This document shows positions 1 through 7,450 of a DNA stretch of 32,000 nucleotides, piece by piece; the stretch's first letter is position 1, and each line of letters opens with the position of its first letter. The position numbers and the translations under genes are program-made. This stretch comes from Gemmata obscuriglobus (lineage in GTDB: Bacteria; Planctomycetota; Planctomycetia; Gemmatales; Gemmataceae): positions 90,001-122,000 of the forward strand of contig NZ_CP042911.1 in the NCBI RefSeq assembly GCF_008065095.1. Reading direction: 5' to 3'. The notes under the pieces are model-generated. The model did not search any database, had not been told where the DNA came from, and saw only the letters and a list, made by a program, of their open reading frames with translations.

Positions 1-1202
1 AAACTGTTGCGGACCACACTCGGTGCCGCCTTGGGTTCACGGATCGAGAAGGACGAGCAAAAAGGGGGCGCGCCCGCACCTGCGCGAAGACGCACCCCGG
101 GCGCTCCAAAGGACCGCACACCCGAACGGTTGTGACCGCCGTTGGTCCGATTGAGCTGGAGCGGAGGTATTTCCACTGCCCCACTTGCGGGCAAGGCGAG
201 TTCGGAGCCGATCGCGGGCTGGGCCTCAGCGGCTACGTCACCCCGGGCGCCTGTCGGATGGCCGTCTTGCTGGGCGTCCAACAGTCCTTCGCCAAAGCCG
301 AAGTGACTCTGGCCGAGGTGGTCGGCTGGGAATTGGACGACAACACCATCCGGCAACTCTGCCACGCCACGGCGGCCCAGGCCACCGCCACCCGGCAACA
401 CCGCTCGACCGCTGAAGTCTTCACCCGAGCCCAAGCCGCGGCCAGGACCGAGCGGCCGGTGGACAGCGAGTTGCACATCGACGCGGGCAAGGTCAACACT
501 GTGGAGGACGGTTGGCGGGATCTCAAGATGGCCGTTTTTGCCCGGCGCGAGCGAAGTGCGCCGACCACGGCGATGGACTGGGAGGGACGCGACCTGCCAA
601 CCCCGTTGGCGCGGTCGGTGATCGCGGCCGTGGAGGAGGCGAGCCTGTTCGGGAAGCGGTGTCACGACGAGGCCACGCGACTGGAGTGGACCGATTCGAG
701 CCAAATGACGGTACTGGGGGATGGGGCCGAGTGGTTGTGGAACGTGTCCGAGCAGCACTTCCGTGACGCGACCCAGGTCCTCGACTTCTGGCATGGGGCG
801 GAGTACCTCGCCAGCGGGGCGAAGGCGGTGTTCGGTCCCGGGGTCCAAGCCGCGACGGCGTTTGTCCGGGGCAAGTCGAAGCTGCTGGAAGACGGATATC
901 CCGGGTTGGTGGACTGGATCGGAGAACTGACCGGGCAGATGCCCGCCGGAGGCGACGGAGCCGCCTTGGGCGGCGTATTGAATTACTTTTGTGGCCAACA
1001 GGGGCGGTTGAATTATGCGGTGCGTTTGCGGCGGGGGCAGTCGATTGGAAGCGGGTTGGTGGAGGGAACGGTTAAGCAATTGCTCAACATCAGAATGAAA
1101 CAAACTGGGGCGAGATGGAATCTGGGGCATGTGGCACCGTTTGTCGAACTGGGGGCATTAGCAGCGGGGCCGGAGTGGAAGGGGTTTTGGGAAAACCAAT
1201 AA
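1..1202 (+). CDS. ISKra4-family DDE transposase, 5' end outside the window
   Basis: Frame 3 has no stop from base 3 to TAA at 1200-1202, so the track start at 132 is only the first GTG. Motifs RYFHCPTCG, LDFWHGAEYL and C-terminal IRMKQTGARW fit ISKra4-type transposases as I remember them. Confidence 0.7.
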   Translation, partial: TVADHTRCRLGFTDREGRAKRGRARTCAKTHPGRSKGPHTRTVVTAVGPIELERRYFHCPTCGQGEFGADRGLGLSGYVTPGACRMAVLLGVQQSFAKAEVTLAEVVGWELDDNTIRQLCHATAAQATATRQHRSTAEVFTRAQAAARTERPVDSELHIDAGKVNTVEDGWRDLKMAVFARRERSAPTTAMDWEGRDLPTPLARSVIAAVEEASLFGKRCHDEATRLEWTDSSQMTVLGDGAEWLWNVSEQHFRDATQVLDFWHGAEYLASGAKAVFGPGVQAATAFVRGKSKLLEDGYPGLVDWIGELTGQMPAGGDGAALGGVLNYFCGQQGRLNYAVRLRRGQSIGSGLVEGTVKQLLNIRMKQTGARWNLGHVAPFVELGALAAGPEWKGFWENQ

Positions 1203-1238
1203 CGGGCCAAAATCCAGAGGGGCACCCAGGAAAGACCC

Positions 1239-1256
1239 TAGGGCTTACGCACTATG
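1239..1256. repeat. ISAs1 terminal inverted repeat (tagggcttacgcactatg)
   Basis: The reverse complement of 2440-2457 is tagggctcacgcactatg, which has one mismatch to this sequence. Confidence 0.75.
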
Positions 1257-2387
1257 CGTGGAGAGTCCTTGGAGCACTTGAGCCATGTACTGGTCGTCCC
1301 ATCCGGCCCGGAGCCGTCGGGTGTGGATACTCCCCTTCTTCCCGGCGCGCTTGAGCAGGGACACGGCCACCCGCCGGATCATCCCCAGGTTGGCACCCGC
1401 GTGCCCGACTCGCGTCCGGCTCTCGTCCTCCCGGAACGCCACGTCCAGAACCCAGTGCATCGACTCGATGTGCCAGTGCCCGCGGATGTACCCGGCCAGC
1501 TCGGCCGCGCCGACCCGCAGGCTGCTCAGGTAGTAGTGGGCGGTGCTCTCGTTCGCCTTCCCCTTCACCTGCCGGTCCCGGCACACCAACGCGACCGAGC
1601 CGACACCCGCCCAACCGGCCGGCAGCCCGTCTGGGTCGTGCACCACCGTCACATTCCGCTCCTCGTGCCGGCCGTGCGCGTCGGTCACCGACGTGTGCCC
1701 GTCGCACCCGGCGAATTCTGCTTCGCCGGCCCGGTCGAACACCCCGGCGATGGCGTCCCGCAGGGTCGGTTGGTTCCCCTTCACGCACACCACGTACTCC
1801 CCGCCCCGCGCCCGGATCACCTCCAGCGTCTCGGTCTGGCACCCGGCGGCGTCCAGCGTCACCACCGCCCCCGTCAGGTCCAGGGTGGCGAGCACGTCCC
1901 GGAACGTGGTGATCTCGTGCCCGCCCTCGGGCACCGACCGCTGGCCGAGGATCAGGTTGCTCCCGATGTCCCACACCTCGACCAGGTGCAGGCACCCGGA
2001 GAACGTCGGCTTGGCGGACCGGCGGGCGCTCTTCCCGTCCACCGCGACGTGGGTCGGACCGTCGATGTCGGGTCGGGTCAGCCCGGTCGCCTCGCACACC
2101 TCGGCCGTCCATCGGGCGAACCGGTCGGCGAAGGCGTCGGGGTCGAGCTTGGTGAACACCCGGTAGAAGGTGTCGTGGCTCGGGACGCCGTTCTTGAGCT
2201 CGAGGAACCGGCGGAAGAAGGCTTCCTTAGAACGGCCGTACTCGGCGATGTCCTCCCATCCCTCGGCCCCGGCGATCACCGCACAGGTGGCGATGGTCAG
2301 GATGTCCGTCAGCGTGTGGATCTTGTTCGCCGTCTCGGTTCGCGGGTCCGGCAGGTCCGCAAAGACGCTGGTCAGGGGCAAAGCCAT
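1245..2387 (-). CDS. ISAs1-family transposase (H-repeat-associated type), 380 aa
   Basis: N-terminal FADLPDPRTETANKIHTLTDILTIATCAVIAGAEGWEDIAEYG and C-terminal HWHIESMHWVLDVAFREDESRTR are hallmark ISAs1 / DDE_Tnp_1-associated motifs. Confidence 0.9.
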   Translation of the reverse strand: MALPLTSVFADLPDPRTETANKIHTLTDILTIATCAVIAGAEGWEDIAEYGRSKEAFFRRFLELKNGVPSHDTFYRVFTKLDPDAFADRFARWTAEVCEATGLTRPDIDGPTHVAVDGKSARRSAKPTFSGCLHLVEVWDIGSNLILGQRSVPEGGHEITTFRDVLATLDLTGAVVTLDAAGCQTETLEVIRARGGEYVVCVKGNQPTLRDAIAGVFDRAGEAEFAGCDGHTSVTDAHGRHEERNVTVVHDPDGLPAGWAGVGSVALVCRDRQVKGKANESTAHYYLSSLRVGAAELAGYIRGHWHIESMHWVLDVAFREDESRTRVGHAGANLGMIRRVAVSLLKRAGKKGSIHTRRLRAGWDDQYMAQVLQGLSTHSA

Positions 2388-2439
2388 CGGTGTCCTCCTG
2401 ACCCCGTGATACGCACAAACCCTTACACGGCCACCACTT

Positions 2440-2457
2440 CATAGTGCGTGAGCCCTA
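2440..2457. repeat. ISAs1 terminal inverted repeat (catagtgcgtgagcccta)
   Basis: Partner of the repeat at 1239-1256. Confidence 0.75.
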
Positions 2458-2573
2458 GGAAAGGCCCTGACCCGATCCCGTCCGTCGTTGAGACCGGATA
2501 CCTCTTCTAACCGTAGCCCCTAGAATGGCCCGGTGTCGGAACCGGTTCACCTTCATGCACAGGGGCCACCCTC

Positions 2574-3107
2574 ATGCGTATGATGTTCGCTTCCGCGCTG
2601 GTCGCGCTGTTTGCGGTTAGCGCTCTCGCCGAGGACAAGGGCGTCGCGGTCGAGTGGGGCGGGTTAAAGTCCACCACCCCGGCCGGGTGGAAGGAAGAGA
2701 CCCCGTCGAACGCGATGCGGCTGGCGCAGTTCAAACTGGCGAAGGAGAAGGGGGACGCCGAGGACGCCGAACTAGCCCTGTTCAAATCCCCCGGCGGCGG
2801 CACCGTGGACGCGAATCTCGAGCGGCAGGTGAAGAAGTTCGAGCTGGCGAAGGACGCCAAGCCGGCCGTGTCGAAGATCAAGGTCGGCACGAGTGAAGCA
2901 ACGTACCAGGACATCACCGGCACGCTGCTCAAAAAGTTCCCGCCGTTCGATCCGAACGCCAAGGTCACGAAGGTCGAGAACTACCGCCAGATCTATGTCA
3001 TCTTTGAAGGCAAGGACGCGGTCTACTCGCTCACCCTTCTAGGGCCGGCCAAGACCGTCGAGAAGCACAAGAAAGAGTTCGACGAATGGGTGAAGAACTT
3101 CAAGTAA
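2574..3107 (+). CDS. Secreted hypothetical protein, 177 aa
   Basis: ATG start and signal peptide MRMMFASALVALFAVSALA|EDK. The composition is K/E-rich and non-repetitive, unlike off-frame GC noise. No family recognised. Confidence 0.7.
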   Translation: MRMMFASALVALFAVSALAEDKGVAVEWGGLKSTTPAGWKEETPSNAMRLAQFKLAKEKGDAEDAELALFKSPGGGTVDANLERQVKKFELAKDAKPAVSKIKVGTSEATYQDITGTLLKKFPPFDPNAKVTKVENYRQIYVIFEGKDAVYSLTLLGPAKTVEKHKKEFDEWVKNFK

Positions 3108-3168
3108 GTGCCCGCGTCAAATAAGTGCCCGCGTCAAATAAGTGCCCGCGTCAAATAAGTGCCCGCGT
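3106..3168. repeat. 17-bp tandem repeat aagtgcccgcgtcaaat, 3 full copies plus a 12-nt partial
   Basis: Identical units at 3106-3122, 3123-3139 and 3140-3156, with a partial unit at 3157-3168. It begins inside the TAA stop (3105-3107) of the upstream CDS. Confidence 0.95.
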
Positions 3169-3217
3169 GCGGTGGGTAGAGACATCAACCTCAACGGGTT
3201 GTGCTTTCCCACCGCAC
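3167..3217 (+). terminator. Hairpin (10-bp stem gtgcggtggg/cccaccgcac, 31-nt loop) between the secreted-protein gene and queA
   Basis: Perfect complementarity between 3167-3176 and 3208-3217. There is no U-tract, so its function is uncertain. Confidence 0.25.
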
Positions 3218-3239
3218 ACCGTTACGCCGTCCGCAACTC

Positions 3240-4265
3240 ATGCACTTTTTCGATTACCACCTGCCCGAACACCTGATCGCACAGCACCCGGCGGCGGAGC
3301 GCGACGCCGCGCGACTGCTGGTTGTGCGGCGCGACACGCAGCGTATTCAGCACCACATTTTTCGCGACCTCCCCGAACTGCTCAGCCCCGGCGACTTGGT
3401 CGTTCTGAACGACACGCGGGTGCTTCCGGCCCGCGTCGTGGGGCGGCGCGAGGCGACCGGCGGCAAATGGGAGGGGCTGTTCCTTCGGGCCACCGAAACC
3501 GGGCTGTGGGAGATGCTCGCACAGACCCGCGGTTACCCCGAAGTTGGCACCGTGTTCGTCACGGATACGGGGTTGAGACTTGTACTGCGGGGACGAACCG
3601 CGGACCGCCACTGGCTGATGCAACCCGAGGCCGAAGGTACCCCGCCGGAGATACTGTCAACATACGGGCACATCCCGCTGCCGCCGTACATCCGGAAGGG
3701 GCGCGAGGACGCCGGGGACCGCGAACGCTACCAGACCGTGTACGCGGGGGCGGCGGCCGGGTCGGTGGCGGCCCCCACCGCGGGTTTACACTTCACGCCG
3801 GCAGTGTTCGACCGCCTGACCGCGCGAGGAATTGGCACCGCACGCGTTACTTTGCACGTCGGGTTGGGGACCTTTGCCCCGGTGAAAGAAGACGATCCGA
3901 CGAAGCACGCGATCCACCACGAGTGGTGCGCGGTACCACAGGGGACCGTTGACACGATACGCGACACGAAGGCACGAGGGGGCCGCGTGGTTGCGATCGG
4001 CACGACCACAACGCGAACACTCGAAAGCGCCGCCCGTCCCGACGGGTTGCGGTCGTTCTGCGGCGAAACGGGGCTGTTCATCCACGAGCCGTTCGAGTTT
4101 CGCGCCGTCGATGCTCTGGTGACGAATTTTCACCTCCCACGTACCACTCTGTTGCTCCTCGTTGGCGCGCTGGCGGGCGACGAACTACTGGCCCGTGCGT
4201 ACGCCGAAGCGGTTACGTGCGAGTACCGGTTCTTTAGCTACGGCGACGCGATGCTGGTACTGTGA
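3240..4265 (+). CDS. queA: S-adenosylmethionine:tRNA ribosyltransferase-isomerase, 341 aa
   Basis: MHFFDYHLPEHLIAQHPAAERDAARLLVV is the canonical QueA N-terminus. IPLPPYI, GSVAAPTAGLHFT, VGLGTF, AIGTTTTRTLES and VTNFHLPRTTLL are conserved QueA blocks. I chose the ATG at 3240 rather than the track GTG at 3201. Confidence 0.93.
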   Translation: MHFFDYHLPEHLIAQHPAAERDAARLLVVRRDTQRIQHHIFRDLPELLSPGDLVVLNDTRVLPARVVGRREATGGKWEGLFLRATETGLWEMLAQTRGYPEVGTVFVTDTGLRLVLRGRTADRHWLMQPEAEGTPPEILSTYGHIPLPPYIRKGREDAGDRERYQTVYAGAAAGSVAAPTAGLHFTPAVFDRLTARGIGTARVTLHVGLGTFAPVKEDDPTKHAIHHEWCAVPQGTVDTIRDTKARGGRVVAIGTTTTRTLESAARPDGLRSFCGETGLFIHEPFEFRAVDALVTNFHLPRTTLLLLVGALAGDELLARAYAEAVTCEYRFFSYGDAMLVL

Positions 4266-4349
4266 CGGATCTCCGCGCAAGATTGACCGCGCGCCGAACG
4301 CCCCGAGTTCGCCAGACGCTACACCGATGAAGTGCAATGAGGATCCGAC

Positions 4350-5141
4350 GTGAACCTGGATTTAGCGGGCGAAGCCGCACTGGTGGTCGGCGGGGCGCGT
4401 GGGCTGGGACTAGCCATCGCGAAGGCGTTCGCTGATGAGGGGTGCCGTGTCAGCGTATGGGACGTGGCGCCGGATGTCGCGGCGTCAGTCGCGGGATTTG
4501 GTGCGAGCAGTTGGCAGGTCGACGTGACCGACGCGAACGCGGTTCGCACTGCAGCGGCTGAAACCTGGGCACGTTTCGGAGCGGTTCGTCACCTCGTGTT
4601 TGCGGTCGGAATCGGGTCGGGGAAGTTCGGGTTCCCGTTCTGGCAGTTGGACCCGGCGGACTGGGACCGGGTGTTGCGCGTGAACCTCGTCGGGGCGGCG
4701 GTCGTGGCACACGCGTTCGCGCCCAGACTCGCCGAACAGCGCGCGGGGACGGTGCTGTTCCTGGCATCGGTTGCGGGGCAGATCGGTTCGCAGACAGATC
4801 CGCCGTACAGCGCCTCGAAAGCCGGGTTGATCAACTTCGCGCAGTGCGCCGCCAAAGACCTCGCTCCGTTCGGGGTGCGCGTGAACACGTTGTGTCCCGG
4901 GATGATTAAGACGCCGCTGAACCGGTCCGTGTGGCAGGCGTGGCACGACCGTCAGCCACCCGAGGCGCAAGTCGATTACGAGACATGGGCCACGGAGAAG
5001 ATCGGCAAACTCGTTCCGCTGAACCGGTGGCAGACTCCAGAAGACATGGCCGCGATGGCCATGTTCCTCGCCAGCAATCGCGCGGCGAACGTCACCGGAC
5101 AGACGATCAACGTGGACGGCGGGTACGTCATGCACTGGTGA
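4350..5141 (+). CDS. SDR-family oxidoreductase (3-oxoacyl-ACP-reductase-like), 263 aa
   Basis: Gly-rich nucleotide-binding motif VVGGARGLGLAIA, catalytic YSASKAG and the LCPGMIKTP motif. GTG start. Confidence 0.85.
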   Translation: MNLDLAGEAALVVGGARGLGLAIAKAFADEGCRVSVWDVAPDVAASVAGFGASSWQVDVTDANAVRTAAAETWARFGAVRHLVFAVGIGSGKFGFPFWQLDPADWDRVLRVNLVGAAVVAHAFAPRLAEQRAGTVLFLASVAGQIGSQTDPPYSASKAGLINFAQCAAKDLAPFGVRVNTLCPGMIKTPLNRSVWQAWHDRQPPEAQVDYETWATEKIGKLVPLNRWQTPEDMAAMAMFLASNRAANVTGQTINVDGGYVMHW

Positions 5142-5148
5142 GGGTCAC

Positions 5149-5651
5149 ATGGCGAAGTTTTCGGCCGGCGAGCGCAAGCGGCGCACCCGACAGCACGTGA
5201 TTGCCGACTTGAGCGCGAACCACGTCGAGCGAAGGGACATGTCCTGCACCGAGTATCGACCGATTACGGATACGACTTGGTAATGATGACGTTTGACGAA
5301 AGCGGTTACGCGGAACTTGGAGCCGTGTTTTTGCAATTGAAAGCGTCGGATTCACTGGTCACGAGTGGCCAAAACTTCGCATACGACCTCGACATCCGCG
5401 ATTATAATTTGTGGAAGATCGAGACACAACCAGTCGTTCTCGTTCTGTACGATGCGAGCGTGCGCCGTGCCTACTGGTTACACGTACAGGAGTATTTCGC
5501 AACCGCTTCCCGGCGCCCACGGAAGGGCGCAAAGACGGTACGCGTTCTCGTTTCGCGGCAGCAAACGGTCAGCCGTCGTGCGGTTGCCCGGATGCGAACC
5601 CTCAAAAACACCTTTTTCTTCCAGCTTGTAGAGGGCGCATTCGATGACTGA
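5149..5651 (+). pseudogene. DUF4365-type PD-(D/E)XK nuclease-fold gene with an apparent frameshift near 5230
   Basis: Frame 1 from ATG 5149 gives MAKFSAGERKRRTRQHVIADLSANHVER and then hits TAA at 5281-5283. Frame 3 continues with KGHVLHRVSTDYGYDLVMMTFDESGYAELGAVFLQLKAS, which carries the D...QxK core. The two halves read as one DUF4365-like domain only when joined. Confidence 0.55.
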
Positions 5652-5877
5652 TCTGACTTACTCACAGCTTGACACGATACTTCGCGGTCTTGGCTTTTCT
5701 GTTCGTAACGTTGATAAGAATACGCGGGCTTATAAGCACGCCGGGGGGGCTCTGCTTGTGCTGCCGGTCGGCCAAGAGCGCGTTATCCCGCACCACCTCG
5801 TCGCGACTCGAATGGCGCTCGATGCGTTCGGCATCGCTGAACCTCCTGAGTTCGCCGCCCAACTTCAAGCGAGTTGA
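5644..5877 (+). CDS. Small hypothetical protein, 77 aa, with a predicted helix / three-strand / helix layout reminiscent of the HicA/YcfA fold
   Basis: ATG 5644 overlaps the upstream stop at 5649-5651 (ATGACTGA), which suggests translational coupling. The sequence LDTILRGLGFSVRNV..RAYKH..ALLVLPV..IPHHLVATRMALDAFGI resembles the HicA layout by eye only. Confidence 0.5.
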   Translation: MTDLTYSQLDTILRGLGFSVRNVDKNTRAYKHAGGALLVLPVGQERVIPHHLVATRMALDAFGIAEPPEFAAQLQAS

Positions 5878-5934
5878 GGGCGAACTCCCGGCGCGACATC
5901 GGTGTCCTGCTCGTGTTCCCACGAGCGACGCCAA

Positions 5935-6474
5935 ATGCACCGCACCTTGATCGATTCCGGCGCCATTCGTTTGTGCGCCGATTTCTTTCCGGCCCACGCC
6001 GCCCTTTACGAACACCTCGCGGGTTCAATCGCCTGGGACACTCGCATCAAGGCCCGCAAATCGGCAAGCTTCGGCCGGCCTTACAACTACTCGGGCATCG
6101 AATGGCCCGTTGCTCCGTTTCCGCAAGCTGTCGCAGCCCTGCTCGCTCCCATCGCAGCGGTAATCGGGTTCGAGCCCAACAACTGCCTCGCCAACTTTTA
6201 CCCCAACGGCAACTCTTCAATGGGGTTTCACTCTGACTCGATTGTTGATCTTGAGCCGAACACCGGAATCGCGGTTCTCTCACTCGGCACGGAGCGCGTC
6301 ATCACGTTTCATCGGATCGACAACAAGGCCGTACGCGAGAGCTATCCACTTTCACCCGGAACGCTGCTATGGATGTGTCCCGAGATGCAGGCCGACTGGC
6401 GCCACGCGATTCTCGCTGACACGGGAGTGACCGACGGGCGAATCAGCCTTACATTTCGGCGGGTGAAGGTGTGA
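5935..6474 (+). CDS. alkB: AlkB-like Fe(II)/2-oxoglutarate dioxygenase, compact 179 aa
   Basis: NFYPNGNSSMGFHSD (HxD), WRHAI (distal His) and GRISLTFRRV (2OG-binding Arg motif). I chose ATG 5935; the track GTG is at 5902. Confidence 0.85.
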   Translation: MHRTLIDSGAIRLCADFFPAHAALYEHLAGSIAWDTRIKARKSASFGRPYNYSGIEWPVAPFPQAVAALLAPIAAVIGFEPNNCLANFYPNGNSSMGFHSDSIVDLEPNTGIAVLSLGTERVITFHRIDNKAVRESYPLSPGTLLWMCPEMQADWRHAILADTGVTDGRISLTFRRVKV

Positions 6475-6533
6475 ACCTCACACACCTGTTACGTGTCCGG
6501 GGACTGTCGCTTCCACGTTTTGCGAGCGGACAA

Positions 6534-6737
6534 ATGGCCGACGACAAGAAGCCCAAAGCCCGCAAAAACAAGTACGCGGACCCCAAAACCGGCGAGTTCC
6601 GACACGCCGATGGCGATCGACGGCACCGCCGCGGGGCGTCCGCAAAGGACGCGATCAAGTTCAAGAAGCAAATGCAAGAACGCGGTCTCCCGCCCGCAGC
6701 CGATTCGGACGAACCGACGGACGATGTGAGCGAGTGA
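6534..6737 (+). CDS. Small basic hypothetical protein, 67 aa
   Basis: Strong G/C third-position bias over the whole ORF, an ATG start, and the same strand as alkB. No family recognised, and the alternative GTG at 6471 overlaps the alkB stop. Confidence 0.4.
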   Translation: MADDKKPKARKNKYADPKTGEFRHADGDRRHRRGASAKDAIKFKKQMQERGLPPAADSDEPTDDVSE

Positions 6738-6841
6738 ACGACTGCTCCCCGTTCGCATGCACCCGCGGGGCCATACGCGGCTTCGTGCCTATGATGCCCT
6801 GGACCCGGCGCGTTTGCCGGGAAACCCTTGGGGGTATTCCA

Positions 6842-7240
6842 ATGCTGCGCTGGGCACACCTCGCTGCGCTGACGCTTGCCGCTTTCGTTCTCGGGCAAGC
6901 AGTTGCGGCCGACGAGAAGAAGGGTGAGACGCTGAAGACAGTAATCGATGTGACTCACGAGTTCGATAAGGACAAAAAGAAGCTCACTGTTACCGCGGTC
7001 GGACAGGTACCGACGGGTGGTTGGAGCGGCGCCAAGCTCACCCCGCGCCCAACCAAAGAGGCGCCAAAGGACGGGATCTACGAGTTCGACCTGACCGCCG
7101 TCCGTCCGGACGGGATTGTTACTCAGGTCATTTCGAAGGTGAAAGCGACGCACATCTGGGAGAACCCGCCCGCCGACATCAAAGGCATCAAAGTGTACGG
7201 TGCGGATAAGGGAACGAAAACGATCAAGTTCGACAAGTGA
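6842..7240 (+). CDS. Secreted hypothetical protein, 132 aa
   Basis: Signal peptide MLRWAHLAALTLAAFVLGQAVA|ADEKK followed by a K/E/T-rich mature part. I chose the internal ATG at 6842. Confidence 0.7.
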   Translation: MLRWAHLAALTLAAFVLGQAVAADEKKGETLKTVIDVTHEFDKDKKKLTVTAVGQVPTGGWSGAKLTPRPTKEAPKDGIYEFDLTAVRPDGIVTQVISKVKATHIWENPPADIKGIKVYGADKGTKTIKFDK

Positions 7241-7450
7241 CCGCGACCGCGGCCGGTGTCGGAAACTGCCGCCCCGTGATCCAGCCGGACTGGTCACCGG
7301 TTGAGCCGCACGGGGACACCTGGAGGGGCAGTCGCTACACCACTTCACAAGGAAGCGTTAACAGGTCGGCCGGTGCCGGCCCGGCGCCCGGGTTCGCGGG
7401 CGCGTCGGGCTTTCGCTCGGACCGAGAAACTGCCAGGACGCGCACCACAC

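Larger units (their letters stand above)
1239..2457 (-). mobile_element. Complete ISAs1-family insertion sequence (1219 bp)
   Basis: A single transposase ORF is bounded by 18-bp terminal inverted repeats (17/18 match) and flanked by a 10-bp near-identical direct repeat: ggaaagaccc at 1229-1238 and ggaaaggccc at 2458-2467. The transposase stop codon lies inside the left repeat. Boundaries are uncertain by about 2 bp because cc/gg next to the repeats could also pair. Confidence 0.8.

Noticed and set aside
132-132. Track start codons taken at face value (for example 132, 3201, 5902, 6734, 7301, 10656, 12314, 14274, 15864, 19220, 19878, 22140, 23464, 26808, 26811, 30683)
   Set aside because: The longest-ORF starts add N-terminal extensions that lack family similarity or that precede an obvious signal peptide or conserved N-terminus. 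I chose internal ATG/GTG starts instead. For 132, the frame is open all the way to the window edge.
2458-2573. Palindrome gaaccggttc and a GGAAC motif upstream of the secreted-protein gene, as a possible regulatory site
   Set aside because: It is a single 10-bp palindrome with no partner motif. That is too weak to call.
3106-3168. Possible CRISPR array (short perfect direct repeats)
   Set aside because: The units are directly contiguous with no spacers, the unit is only 17 bp, and no cas genes are nearby. It is a simple tandem repeat.
3108-3239. preQ1-type riboswitch upstream of queA
   Set aside because: queA is not a typical preQ1-regulated gene. The only structure I could see is a generic 10-bp hairpin. 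This cannot be assessed without a covariance-model search (Rfam/Infernal).
5221-5283. Programmed -1 ribosomal frameshift in the DUF4365 gene
   Set aside because: There is no slippery X XXY YYZ heptamer and no obvious downstream pseudoknot at the frame junction (gtcgagcgaagggacatg). A mutation or a sequencing error is the simpler explanation.
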